Shown here in pieces: positions 17,790-26,936 of a stretch of 64,000 nt of DNA. Every line of letters begins with the position of its first letter. The first letter of the stretch is position 1. The stretch is from Dehalococcoidia bacterium (GTDB lineage Bacteria > Chloroflexota > Dehalococcoidia > Bin125). The position numbers and the translations under genes are program-made. The stretch spans positions 21,659 to 85,658 of the forward strand of contig DAOUKQ010000010.1 of the NCBI GenBank assembly GCA_034421135.1, in the 5' to 3' direction. The notes under the pieces are model-generated. The model searched no databases, had not been told where the DNA came from, and saw only the letters and a list, made by a program, of their open reading frames with translations.

Positions 17790-18575
17790 CTAGCGGCCTG
17801 TGAAGACCGGTCGTCGCTTCTCGACGAAGGCCTTGCGCGCCTCGATCGAGTCTTCCGTTTCGCCCACGCGACGCATCCGATCCGCCTCGCGCCGGACTGC
17901 CTCCGACAGCGGAATCGTGAACGCGTCGTTGAGGTTGTTCTTGATCTCAGCAATCGCGCCAGGATGCGAGTCCCGCAACTGAGCGGCGACTTGCAGGACG
18001 TTGGGCATCAGCTCCTCGGGGTCGAACGCCCCGTTGGCGAGTCCGAGTGACATCGCCTCCTCCGCGTTGACGCGGTCGGGCAGCAGGTACATCTCCCGCG
18101 CCTTGCCCATGCCCACCAGCCGCGGCAGCAACCAGGTGCCGCCGAAGTCGCCCGAGAAACCGACCTTGAGAAACGCCGTGTAGAGGTACGCCGTGGTCGA
18201 CATGTAGCGCAGATCGCAGGCCAGCGTGATCGAACAGCCCGCGCCGGCCGCGCCGCCATTGATCGCGGCGATGGTCGGCTTTGGCATCTGGTGCAACAGC
18301 ACCGAGGCGCGTTCCTGGTTGGTCAGCGAGTAGATGCTCTGCTCGAGGTTGCGGATATCGCCGCGGCCGGTGTCCTTGAGGTCGCCGCCTGCGCAGAAGA
18401 GCCGTCCGGATCCTGTCAGGATCACGACGCGCACATCGTTGTCGGCGGCCGCGGCCTCGCAGGCCAGCGGCAGCTCGTTGAGCATCGTGCCGTTCAGCGC
18501 GTTCAACGACTCGGGTCGGTTGAGCGTGATCGTGCAGATGCCGTCTTCCACGTCGTAGAGCAGGGTTTCGTACAT
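17790..18575 (-). CDS. enoyl-CoA hydratase/isomerase family protein
   Basis: Crotonase-fold motifs (LNRPESLNAL, FCAGGDLK, AAINGGAAGAGCSITLACDLR). The true start is the Met MYETLLYD; the ORF-track N-terminal 257 aa are an antisense artefact. Confidence 0.8.
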   Translation of the reverse strand: MYETLLYDVEDGICTITLNRPESLNALNGTMLNELPLACEAAAADNDVRVVILTGSGRLFCAGGDLKDTGRGDIRNLEQSIYSLTNQERASVLLHQMPKPTIAAINGGAAGAGCSITLACDLRYMSTTAYLYTAFLKVGFSGDFGGTWLLPRLVGMGKAREMYLLPDRVNAEEAMSLGLANGAFDPEELMPNVLQVAAQLRDSHPGAIAEIKNNLNDAFTIPLSEAVRREADRMRRVGETEDSIEARKAFVEKRRPVFTGR

Positions 18576-18731
18576 GCAGGACCCTCTTCGCCTCTGTCTG
18601 GGGACTGGTTCGATGGGTTCCAGTCTACCTGCCGAGATATGGGCCCAACGACGTCGGAAAACCCTCTTCGCAGGGATGAAGCGTTGCATAACCGCGTCCT
18701 GTGCGCCAGGTACTGGCATAGACTGATCGGG

Positions 18732-19439
18732 ATGCTCACAATCACCGCCGCGCTGCCCTGGGAATCGAAAGCCGCACGAGCCGGTCAGGCGATCGCCGGC
18801 CGGGGCCGGGTGCGCATCATCACCACCGGCGTTGGCCCGGATCGGGCGAGGGATGCCGCCGAGGAGGAGTTTGAGCGCCATGAGCCGACGCAGGTGATCA
18901 GCATCGGCGTCGCCGGCGGACTGACCAACAACCTGCGGCGTCCGTCGATCACGATCCCGACCAGCGTCATCCGCCAAGGCGACAGCGCGGAGTTCAAGCC
19001 CGACGACGACCTGCGCAAGCAGGTCGTGCGCCTGCTGAACCAGGCCGACATCTTCTGGCAGTCGGTGACCAGCATTACGACGCCCAAGATTCTCTTCACG
19101 CGGCCCGAAAAACAGGAAGCCGCCGAAACCGGGGCCGAAATCGTCCAGATGGAAGACGCAGAGTGGGCCGAAGCATGTGAACAGGCCGGCATTCCCTTCC
19201 TCTCGATTCGTGTCGTGATGGATGCGCTGGACGACGACATTCCCAACGAGGTCGTCCAGTGGCGCGGCAAGCCGTCGGCGCTGGACATCGCGGTCGGCGC
19301 GATTCGCCGTCCCGGATTGCTGCCCGAACTGCTGTCGCTTGGCATCCAGCGCCAATCGGCAATCCAGGAACTTGAACGCGCCATGACGTTGATCATTCCC
19401 GCGATGACGCCCGAGCTGATCAGCGCTGACGTCGACTAG
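18732..19439 (+). CDS. hpnG: hopanoid-associated phosphorylase/nucleosidase HpnG (PNP_UDP_1 family)
   Basis: PNP_UDP_1-fold motifs (RVRIITTGVGPDRA, ISIGVAGGL, SIRVVMDAL). Supported by its position immediately upstream of the hpnA homolog and near hpnH. The start is the internal Met at 18732. Confidence 0.65.
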   Translation: MLTITAALPWESKAARAGQAIAGRGRVRIITTGVGPDRARDAAEEEFERHEPTQVISIGVAGGLTNNLRRPSITIPTSVIRQGDSAEFKPDDDLRKQVVRLLNQADIFWQSVTSITTPKILFTRPEKQEAAETGAEIVQMEDAEWAEACEQAGIPFLSIRVVMDALDDDIPNEVVQWRGKPSALDIAVGAIRRPGLLPELLSLGIQRQSAIQELERAMTLIIPAMTPELISADVD

Positions 19440-19456
19440 CCCACGAACTGAGCAAC

Positions 19457-20458
19457 GTGAAACGCGCGCTCGTCACCGGCGCGAACGGCTTCATCGGCGC
19501 GCATGTCGTACGCGCCGCGCTCGACGCTGGCACGGAAGTCCGGGCCATGGTTCGCGGGGGCAGCGATCAACGCAGCCTCAATGGGCTGCCGATCGAGATC
19601 GTCCACGGAGACCTCACCGACCCGGCGTCGCTCGCCAAGGCACTGGCAGGTGTCGACACGCTGTTCAACGTCGCCGCGCGATACGACCTCAGCCGCCGCG
19701 CCCGAGCCGACGCCTATCGAGCCAACGTCGACGGCACGCGCAACCTGATGCTCGCCGCGCTCCGAGCGCAGGTTGACCGCGTTGTGCACACATCCTCCGT
19801 CGCCGCAATCGGACCGCCCCATGACCCCGCTCGTCCCGCCGACGAAACGCAGTGGGCAACAGTCGAGGATGCGCCAGGACCGTACGAGGAGACCAAGATT
19901 CTCAGTGAGCGCCTGGTGCACGAGCTGGTCGAATCGGAGAGCCTGCCTGCGGTCTGCGTGCTACCCACCGCGCCGATCGGTCCGCTGGACCTGAAGCCCA
20001 CGCCCACGGGACGGTTAATCCGCGACTCGGCGTCGGGATCGATGCCCGCGTACATTCGCACAGCGGGCCTCAACATCGTCCACGTCCACGATGTCGCGGT
20101 CGGCCACGTACGTGCGGCCGAGGTCGGACTCGTTGACGAGCGCTACATCCTCGGTCATCTGGACGGCAACCTGACGCTGCGACAGATCATCGAGCGCGCC
20201 GCAGCAGCCGGCGGAGCGAACCCGCCTCGCCTGGCGATTCCCTCGTCGCTGGCCTACGCCGCCGCCTTCGTGGACGAGTACCTGGTCAGCGCGCTGACCC
20301 GTCAACAGCCCAGGGCGACCATCGCCGGCGTGCGACTGGCCCGTCAGCGCCAGTTCTTCGACCCGACGAAGGCAATCGAAGAGCTGAAGATGCCTCAGAC
20401 CGACCTGGGAGACGCATTCGGGGACGCCGTCGACTGGTTTCGTACACTCAGTGAATGA
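19457..20458 (+). CDS. hpnA: hopanoid-associated sugar epimerase HpnA (NAD-dependent epimerase/dehydratase family)
   Basis: LVTGANGFIGAHVV Rossmann motif and an extended-SDR fold. Synteny with hpnG. Confidence 0.65.
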   Translation: MKRALVTGANGFIGAHVVRAALDAGTEVRAMVRGGSDQRSLNGLPIEIVHGDLTDPASLAKALAGVDTLFNVAARYDLSRRARADAYRANVDGTRNLMLAALRAQVDRVVHTSSVAAIGPPHDPARPADETQWATVEDAPGPYEETKILSERLVHELVESESLPAVCVLPTAPIGPLDLKPTPTGRLIRDSASGSMPAYIRTAGLNIVHVHDVAVGHVRAAEVGLVDERYILGHLDGNLTLRQIIERAAAAGGANPPRLAIPSSLAYAAAFVDEYLVSALTRQQPRATIAGVRLARQRQFFDPTKAIEELKMPQTDLGDAFGDAVDWFRTLSE

Positions 20459-21321
20459 ACACTCACAGCCAACCCCCGACCGTACTGATCACCGGCGCGA
20501 ACAGCGGCATCGGCAAGGCCGGAGCGACCGAGCTGGCGCGTCGCGGCTGGCACGTCTTCGCCGCCGCCCGCTCGCTCGAACGCGGCCAGGCCGCCGTCGC
20601 GCAGATTCAGAAGGACAGCGGCTCAATCGCCGTCGAACTGCTGGAGATGGACCTTGCCTCGTTCGATTCCGTCCGGCGAGCTGTAGACGAACTGCTTGAG
20701 CGCACCGAACGGCTCGATGTCCTGGTCAACAACGCCGGTCTCACGCTCGACCAACGACAGCTCACCGGCGACGGCCTCGAAACGATGATGCAGACGAATC
20801 ACTTCTCCCCGGTCCTGCTCACCTCGCTGCTGCTGCCCACGCTGCTCGAGTCGGACGATGCGCGCGTCGTCAACGTCAGCTCGCGCGTCTACGAGCGTGT
20901 GGATGCGATGCCGCTGGACGATCTCAACTTCGAGCACTATTGGGGCGGTATCCGACCGTACTGCGCGACCAAGCTGGCCAACATTCTGTTCACGAACGAG
21001 CTGCATCGTCACACACACGAGCTTGGCCTGGCCGCCTTTTCCGTCCATCCAGGCGTCGTGGCAACCAACTTCCTGCAGAACTTTCCCGCTCCGCTGCGAG
21101 CGGTCCTCCGCGTTGCCCGTCCGCTGTTGCGCAGTCCCGAGCAGGGCGCGGCGCCAGTCGTGGAGCTTGCGACGGACCCAGGCCGGCGCGCCGACGCTGG
21201 AGCCTACTTCGACCGGCACACGTTGACCCAGCAGCAACCACAAGCCAGCGATCGGCAAACCGCCGAGCGCCTGTGGCAACTGACCAACGAGATCACAGGT
21301 GCGGAGTGGCCAGGAACATGA
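20455..21321 (+). CDS. SDR family oxidoreductase
   Basis: TGANSGIGKA Rossmann motif, NNAG, and the Y-x3-K catalytic pair (YCATK). ATGA overlap with hpnA. Confidence 0.8.
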   Translation: MNTHSQPPTVLITGANSGIGKAGATELARRGWHVFAAARSLERGQAAVAQIQKDSGSIAVELLEMDLASFDSVRRAVDELLERTERLDVLVNNAGLTLDQRQLTGDGLETMMQTNHFSPVLLTSLLLPTLLESDDARVVNVSSRVYERVDAMPLDDLNFEHYWGGIRPYCATKLANILFTNELHRHTHELGLAAFSVHPGVVATNFLQNFPAPLRAVLRVARPLLRSPEQGAAPVVELATDPGRRADAGAYFDRHTLTQQQPQASDRQTAERLWQLTNEITGAEWPGT

Positions 21322-21815
21322 GCATCAACAATCGCGACGACCTGATCGCCGAGCTTGAGCAAGACAGTGAGGAATTCCAGGCCGCAGTCGCGCAATTGCC
21401 CGAGGAGGCCTTCGAGCGCGGCGTCTACGAACAGGGCTGGAACGCACGGCAGCTGCTCGCCCACATCGCCGCGATTGAGTGGACCTATCCCCGCCTGATC
21501 GAACGGGCCGAGCAGCGTGCCGCAGGAGACGATGTCCCCCAGGGAGGCGGCGCCGGCTTCGATATGGACGCCTACAACGCCAAGCAAGTCGAACGCCGAG
21601 ACGATCAGCCGGTCGAACAACTCCTCACCGAGTTCCGCCGAAACCGAGCCGAGACGATCGACGCGATCCGAGCGGCCGACGAAGAACTGCTCAAGCAGCC
21701 GACCAGGTCAGCGGGAGGGGTCGAGGGAACCCTGCTCGACGTGCTTGAGGGCGTCGCCGTGGGTCATGTGAGGGAGCACGTCAACGATCTGCTCAGAGGG
21801 GCCCGTTCGGGTTGA
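21318..21815 (+). CDS. DinB/YfiT-like four-helix-bundle (DinB_2-like) protein
   Basis: Small helical protein with the LLAHIAAIEW and HVREH motifs typical of the DinB_2 family. ATGA overlap with the SDR stop. Confidence 0.45.
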   Translation: MSINNRDDLIAELEQDSEEFQAAVAQLPEEAFERGVYEQGWNARQLLAHIAAIEWTYPRLIERAEQRAAGDDVPQGGGAGFDMDAYNAKQVERRDDQPVEQLLTEFRRNRAETIDAIRAADEELLKQPTRSAGGVEGTLLDVLEGVAVGHVREHVNDLLRGARSG

Positions 21816-21852
21816 ACGCTTAACATGTCTCAAAGGACCATTCCAGTAAGTG

Positions 21853-22596
21853 TCAGTCGCTGGGGTCGATGTAGAACCGGAATGAAACGTCCGTACTCTC
21901 GTAAACTTGATTCTCCGAAACTTGCGTGTACATAATCCAGATCGCCCAGATGTCGATCCACTGCTGATCCTGATGGCTTAAGCGAACGATGGGCAGACCA
22001 GCCTCAAGCAACTCTTCCGGGTAGATTGATGCCTCATGGACCTGTGGAGCTTGAATCAGAACACGTTCAAGATGCATTGTCAAATCGCTTATCTCTTCTC
22101 GCTTCCTGGACGGACAGTTGGCCAGTGACTGTTCCAACTGTAGTGTCGCGTGGTCAAGAGACTCACGAGCCTCTTGAGCCTCAAAAGCACTTCGATTCTC
22201 CAGGGTCATCGCGTGAAACGAGGCAAGAACTCCTTCTGTGGCGGCCGCCGCCTCGGCTCTCCGGAAGGCCTCGAGGACGGTCTTGGCTGGCTTCCGTCCG
22301 TAATGTTCCAGCCATAGCTGCGGGTCGATTGGTCCCAAGTCACTGGTTGGTCCCGTAACTATCTCGTCCGCTCCTAGAAGAAGCAACGTCCCAGCACTCT
22401 TCGCTTCCAATGGAACGATCACAGTCAGGTGGGTACACCTCGTTCGCATTTGCCGGACTAAGCGAATTGCTGCTTCACCCTCACCGCCCAAGGTGTTCAG
22501 GAACAGGTGCAGAGATTCACAGTCCCCGATCTCAAGGAGAATGTCTTCAATATTGACGGCGCTCGGGGTGAGGATCTCGGCATCAACGACAATCAC
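21853..22596 (-). CDS. SDH-family ClpP-fold serine proteinase (serine dehydrogenase proteinase, PF01972-like), in a low-GC island
   Basis: LNTLGGEGEAAIRLVRQMR...LEAKSAGTLLLLGADEIVTGPTSDLGPIDPQ matches the SDH/ClpP-fold proteinase core with the Ser nucleophile. GTG start, and an in-frame TAG lies just upstream. Local GC is ~48-52%. Confidence 0.6.
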   Translation of the reverse strand: MIVVDAEILTPSAVNIEDILLEIGDCESLHLFLNTLGGEGEAAIRLVRQMRTRCTHLTVIVPLEAKSAGTLLLLGADEIVTGPTSDLGPIDPQLWLEHYGRKPAKTVLEAFRRAEAAAATEGVLASFHAMTLENRSAFEAQEARESLDHATLQLEQSLANCPSRKREEISDLTMHLERVLIQAPQVHEASIYPEELLEAGLPIVRLSHQDQQWIDIWAIWIMYTQVSENQVYESTDVSFRFYIDPSD

Positions 22597-22615
22597 ACGA
22601 CAGTCGTATCGAGAC

Positions 22616-22882
22616 TCATACTCCTCTAGCAGGCTGCTGACGGCTGTCTAGCGCCTCGTCCTCCTGTTGGTCACCACCCTCAGAATCGAACTCTGAGGCC
22701 TCATCCGTACAGTCCGGCTCGCTCACGCAGCCTTCCGTTTCTTTTCCTTTAGCCGTCGCTCGTTTTCCAGTCGGCTCTTTCGCCACTGGGGCGCTATCTG
22801 CTTTCTCCAATAGGAGTCGCTCAAACTCGGCGCTCGCGCCGGCGCCCTTCTCGTTCCCGTGGGTTGACTTGCCATCGCACAC
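22616..22882 (-). CDS. hypothetical small acidic protein (D/E-rich), upstream partner of the SDH proteinase
   Basis: 88-aa ORF in the same low-GC island. It ends 19 nt before the proteinase start on the same strand. No recognised family. Confidence 0.35.
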   Translation of the reverse strand: MCDGKSTHGNEKGAGASAEFERLLLEKADSAPVAKEPTGKRATAKGKETEGCVSEPDCTDEASEFDSEGGDQQEDEALDSRQQPARGV

Positions 22883-22925
22883 CTTCTCTGCGTCGACAGT
22901 ATCCGGAAATAGTCATCCCCGCCAG

Positions 22926-24107
22926 CTACTGACGCGGAAGCTGCAGGCCTCGAGTCGCGATGATGTTTCGCTGGATCTCCGACGTGCCCGCCGCGATCGT
23001 GCTGGGGACCGTGCTCATGTAGGCGCGGCCAATGCGGGCGGCGAGCGGGGCGTCGGGGTCGTCGGGGTCGATCCGCTGCGAGTGCAGGCCCATCATGTTG
23101 ACGCCGAAGTGGGACACCCGCTGGCCGAGCTCGGAACCGAACATTTTCGACATCGACGCCTCGTGGTTGGGAACCAGATCCTGCGACTGCATCCAGACCA
23201 CGCGGTAGGAGATCAGCCGGGAAATCTCCGACTCGATCATCAGGTTGGCGAGTCCATTGCGGACACCCGGGTCGTCGATCAGCTTGGCTCCGCCGCGACG
23301 GCCGGGGCGCTCGGTCGCATACTCGGACATCAGCTCGATGCTCTTGCGCGAGGTCGCCGACCAGGCCACGCCCGAACGCTCGAAGTCGAGCAGCGTCGCC
23401 GCGACGTACCAGCCGCGGTTGTACTCGCCCATCATGTTCGAGGCGGGCACGCGCACGTCGGTGAAGTAGACCTCGTTGAAGCCGTGCTCGCCGAGCATGT
23501 TGATCAGCGGACGCACCTCAATGCCCGGAGAGTTCATGTCGAGCAGGAAGTAGGAGATGCCGCGGTGCTTGGGCGCTTCGGGATCGGTGCGCGTGAGCAC
23601 GTGGATCCAGTCGGCGTGGTGCGCGCCCGAGGTCCAGATCTTCTGCCCGTTGATTACGAAGTCGTCGCCGTCGCGCACGGCGCGGGTCTGCAGACCCGCC
23701 AGGTCCGAGCCGTTGCCCGGCTCCGAAAAGCCCTGCGCCCAGTAGGACTCGGCGTTGGCGATGCGGGGCAGGTGCTCCTGGCGCTGCGCCTCGGTGCCGT
23801 GCAGCATCAAGCAGGGGCCGACCATCGAGATGCCCTGGCCGCCCGAGCCGGGCGCGCCGCGGTAGGCGGCTTCCTCGCGGTAGATCATCTGCTGGATGTG
23901 GCTCGCGCCGCGGCCGCCGTATTCCTCCGGCCAAGCCATGGTTAGCCAGCCCTTGGACGCCGCCCGCTTCTCGAACGCGCGCTCGGCCTCGAAGTGCGCG
24001 TCGTCGCCGGGTTCGTTTGCCCCGGAGGCGGGCACCCAGTTGTTATCGATGAAGTCCACCACTTCCGTGCGGAAGTTCTCGTCGGATTCGGTGAATTGAT
24101 AGTCCAT
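22926..24107 (-). CDS. acyl-CoA dehydrogenase family protein
   Basis: ACAD N-terminal, middle and C-terminal domains (YWAQGFSEPGNGSD, GQKIWTSGA, IAAGTSEIQRNII). The start is placed at MDYQFTE, which is preceded by GAGGAG. Confidence 0.85.
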   Translation of the reverse strand: MDYQFTESDENFRTEVVDFIDNNWVPASGANEPGDDAHFEAERAFEKRAASKGWLTMAWPEEYGGRGASHIQQMIYREEAAYRGAPGSGGQGISMVGPCLMLHGTEAQRQEHLPRIANAESYWAQGFSEPGNGSDLAGLQTRAVRDGDDFVINGQKIWTSGAHHADWIHVLTRTDPEAPKHRGISYFLLDMNSPGIEVRPLINMLGEHGFNEVYFTDVRVPASNMMGEYNRGWYVAATLLDFERSGVAWSATSRKSIELMSEYATERPGRRGGAKLIDDPGVRNGLANLMIESEISRLISYRVVWMQSQDLVPNHEASMSKMFGSELGQRVSHFGVNMMGLHSQRIDPDDPDAPLAARIGRAYMSTVPSTIAAGTSEIQRNIIATRGLQLPRQ

Positions 24108-24204
24108 TGTCGGCTCCTCGGCGTGATGCACTCGTCAGCGACTTGCTCGCAGGCGCACAAAGTATAGACAATCGCCTGCGAACGGCCCGATACGCTGATC
24201 CCAC

Positions 24205-25347
24205 ATGCCCGACTTTGCCGCGCACACCTGGGATGCCGTCGTGATCGGCGCTGGTCCGGCCGGCGCGACGGCGGCTCGTCGGCTCAGCGCAGCCGGCGCG
24301 TCGACTTTGCTGATCGAGAAACAGGCGCTGCCGCGCTACAAGGCTTGCGGGGGAGGCGTTCCCGCACGAACGATTCAACTGCTCGACGATCTGGACATCT
24401 CGCCGGTCAGCGAGGGCTATGTCGACACCATCGATATCTCCCGCCTCGGCCGGCATCAGTTCCGCAAGACATCCGATCAACCGCTCGCCTGGATGGTGAT
24501 GCGAGACCGCTTCGACCAGTTCCTCACCGACATCGCGGTGGAAGCCGGAGCCTGTATCCAGGACAAGACGCCGGTTCAATCGATCACCACTCGTGCGCAG
24601 CATTACGACCTGGAGACGCCAGCCGGTACGGTTCGAGCCCGGCACATCATCGCCGCCGACGGAGCCACCGGACCAACTGCGCGATGGTTGAACATCGGCG
24701 CTGCCCCAACGCGCAGCGCGGCCTACGAGGTCGAGGTGGCAGCGCCGCGCCCCGCGCTCGAGCACTGGCACGGGGCGGCCAACGTCGATATCGGCTACCG
24801 GCCGTGGGGCTACGGCTGGGTCTTTCCCAAAGCTGGCAAGCTCTCCGTCGGTGTGGTCAACGCGCCGAAACGCGGGCGCTCAATCCGAAAGCACACCGAC
24901 CGCTATCTCGAGCGTCTCGGCCTCAGCGCCGCTGAAGTAATCAAGGTCCAGGGTCATCCGATTCGCTACCGCCGATCGAGCCGAGAACCCGTCGCGGCAG
25001 GCCGCACGCTGCTGCTCGGCGACGCCGCCGGTCTCGCCGACGAGTTCACCGCTGAGGGCATCGCCTACGCCGTGCATTCGGCCAACCTCGCAGCAGAGGC
25101 ATTGCTCACATCAGACGAACCCGCTGCTGTCTACACAAGATCGATCAACCAGGAGATCCAACCCGAGCTCAACGCCGCGAGAACCATCTCCCGTCTCTAT
25201 TACTGGTGCGTCACCACCTGGCCCTGGCTCGCGCTAAAGACATCCAAGCACGTCGACTACCTCTGGCGAGCCTTCTTTCGAGTCATGCGCGGCGACTCCA
25301 CCTACGCCGCCGAGCTCTCGAGAGTCCCTCTGATCCCCTCTCCCTGA
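24205..25347 (+). CDS. geranylgeranyl reductase family FAD-dependent oxidoreductase
   Basis: DAVVIGAGPAGATAA FAD motif and the characteristic ...YKACGGGVP... of the GGR family. Confidence 0.75.
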   Translation: MPDFAAHTWDAVVIGAGPAGATAARRLSAAGASTLLIEKQALPRYKACGGGVPARTIQLLDDLDISPVSEGYVDTIDISRLGRHQFRKTSDQPLAWMVMRDRFDQFLTDIAVEAGACIQDKTPVQSITTRAQHYDLETPAGTVRARHIIAADGATGPTARWLNIGAAPTRSAAYEVEVAAPRPALEHWHGAANVDIGYRPWGYGWVFPKAGKLSVGVVNAPKRGRSIRKHTDRYLERLGLSAAEVIKVQGHPIRYRRSSREPVAAGRTLLLGDAAGLADEFTAEGIAYAVHSANLAAEALLTSDEPAAVYTRSINQEIQPELNAARTISRLYYWCVTTWPWLALKTSKHVDYLWRAFFRVMRGDSTYAAELSRVPLIPSP

Positions 25348-25446
25348 GGAGACCAGCGCGTAAATCGCTGGGGTCTTACCCCCTCTCCCGCGGGGAGAGG
25401 GGGCCGGATCTGGTTTACGCGCAGTTCTCCTGAGGGAGAGGGTTAG
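25338..25446. repeat. palindromic intergenic repeat element, family 1, copy B
   Basis: Outer arms gcgcgtaaa...tttacgcgc enclose the hairpin cccctctcccgcggggagaggg. It is the reverse complement of the core of the 4290-4445 copy, and it abuts the start of small-membrane-protein paralog 1. Confidence 0.7.
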
Positions 25447-25456
25447 GGTGAGGGCC

Positions 25457-25816
25457 ATGCCGTGGCTAGTGCTGGATCACCTTGGGGTCGGCCTCATCGA
25501 GTTCGTTGGGATCTTGTTCCTCTTCTTCGTGGCCCCGTCACTCGTTGGCGCCGTCGCCGGCACTTGGATCATGTGGGGGAAGGATCGGAGCCTCTTCCTC
25601 GGCTTTCTGATGGGCTTCGCCATCGGCGCCGCGGGCACGGCGATCGGATGGGGGTTAGTGGTATTGGTCAGCCATCTTGCGCCCTACTTCGTCGGATTGA
25701 CCCTGGAGGTCGCCGCACTCATCGCGATCGCGAAGCATCTGCCAAACGGCGAACCGGACACTTATCTGAGACCAACCGCCCCGCCCAAACCAGACCGAAC
25801 AGACCCTCACCAGTGA
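25457..25816 (+). CDS. small membrane protein, paralog 1 of a tandem family (N-terminal MPWLVLD motif)
   Basis: Hydrophobic, ~2-3 TM segments. Protein and nucleotide similarity to 25846..26144 and 26937..27167. A conserved 5' region (tagggtgag[g/c]gccATGcc[g/c]tggct) is shared with paralog 2. Confidence 0.55.
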   Translation: MPWLVLDHLGVGLIEFVGILFLFFVAPSLVGAVAGTWIMWGKDRSLFLGFLMGFAIGAAGTAIGWGLVVLVSHLAPYFVGLTLEVAALIAIAKHLPNGEPDTYLRPTAPPKPDRTDPHQ

Positions 25817-25845
25817 CCCGTTGCCGGGTGCTAGGGTGAGCGCCA

Positions 25846-26144
25846 TGCCCTGGCTCGTTCTGGACAATCTTGGAATCGAGCCATGGCAGTTCTTTGCACT
25901 GCTATCTATCTTCTTCGTCGGGATTCCACTTGCCGTCGGCGTTGGCGGCTACCTGCTCATGTCGAGCCTGGGACGCAGCCGCAAACTCGGGTTCTTTCTG
26001 GGTACATTGTGGGCGGCGGGCATCATCGCTGCGCTGGCGATTGAGTGGCTTGGCGAGGGCGTAGCGCTGATTCTTGTTGTGGCCGCTGTCGTCTGGATCT
26101 GCTGGCAGTTCCGACAGCGAGGTCGTGACCCAGATGACCCGTGA
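25846..26144 (+). CDS. small membrane protein, paralog 2 (MPWLVLDNLG...)
   Basis: See paralog 1; same family, hydrophobic core FFVGIPLAVGVGG. Confidence 0.55.
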
Positions 26145-26902
26145 CCGAACAGGCTCCTGTCGGTCACTACACTGAACACACCAATCGGAGCGACATGTCC
26201 AACCGCGATGCCCACACCTCGACTCAGACCCTGGTCCGTTTCCGCCTCCCGGACCCGCCAGAGCGTGAGCCGGACGAAGTGACTTCCTACGACTTCGTCT
26301 ATGAAGACGGTGTGACCGCGTGCTTGAAGTGGCACTTCGGGCATCCGGAGTCGACCCTGGTCAAGGCAGACAAGTGGATCGCCGCTTACGTCGGCTACCG
26401 GCCGCTGCGCCGACCCGACCTCTTGGTCGCATTCAACGTCGATCCCGAGCTCTACCGCGAGCAGAACGGCTATGTGATCTCGGACCAGGGCAAGCCGCCC
26501 GACTTCGTGCTGGAAGTCGCCTCGCCGAGCACGGCCGAGGTAGACACGGTCCAGAAGCGTCAGGAGTACGCGTCGCTGGGCATCCGCGAGTACTGGCGCT
26601 TCGACCACACCGGCGAGTCGCACGGGACGCGCCTGGCCGGCGATCGGTTGGTTGGCGATCGATATGAGCCAATCGACATCGTCGAGATCGCGCCGGACAT
26701 TCTGCAGGGCGAGAGCGAAGCCCTGAACCTCTGGCTTCGCTGGGAGGACGGCGAACTGGGCTGGTACGACCCGGCCACCGGCGAGCACATCCCCACCTTC
26801 GACAGCACCCAGGCCGAACTCGCCGCCGAACGCGAGGCGCGCCAGGCCTCCGAAACCAGGGTCCGCGAGCTGGAAGCCGAACTCCGCCGCCTGCGGGAGT
26901 GA
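26141..26902 (+). CDS. Uma2 family endonuclease (DUF820, PD-(D/E)xK putative restriction endonuclease-like)
   Basis: The core PDFVLEVASPSTAEVDTVQKRQEYASLGIREYWRFD matches the Uma2 PD-(D/E)xK signature. GTGA overlap with paralog 2. The N-terminus is unusually long and the start is uncertain. Confidence 0.6.
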   Translation: MTEQAPVGHYTEHTNRSDMSNRDAHTSTQTLVRFRLPDPPEREPDEVTSYDFVYEDGVTACLKWHFGHPESTLVKADKWIAAYVGYRPLRRPDLLVAFNVDPELYREQNGYVISDQGKPPDFVLEVASPSTAEVDTVQKRQEYASLGIREYWRFDHTGESHGTRLAGDRLVGDRYEPIDIVEIAPDILQGESEALNLWLRWEDGELGWYDPATGEHIPTFDSTQAELAAEREARQASETRVRELEAELRRLRE

Positions 26903-26936
26903 GCTTCCCAGCTCGACGCGTTCCCGCCTCACGAGG

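Noticed and set aside
18592-18604. 13-mer gcctctgtctggg shared between 18592 and 32672
   Set aside because: About 30 such 13-mer coincidences are expected by chance in 64 kb. There is no extended similarity around it.
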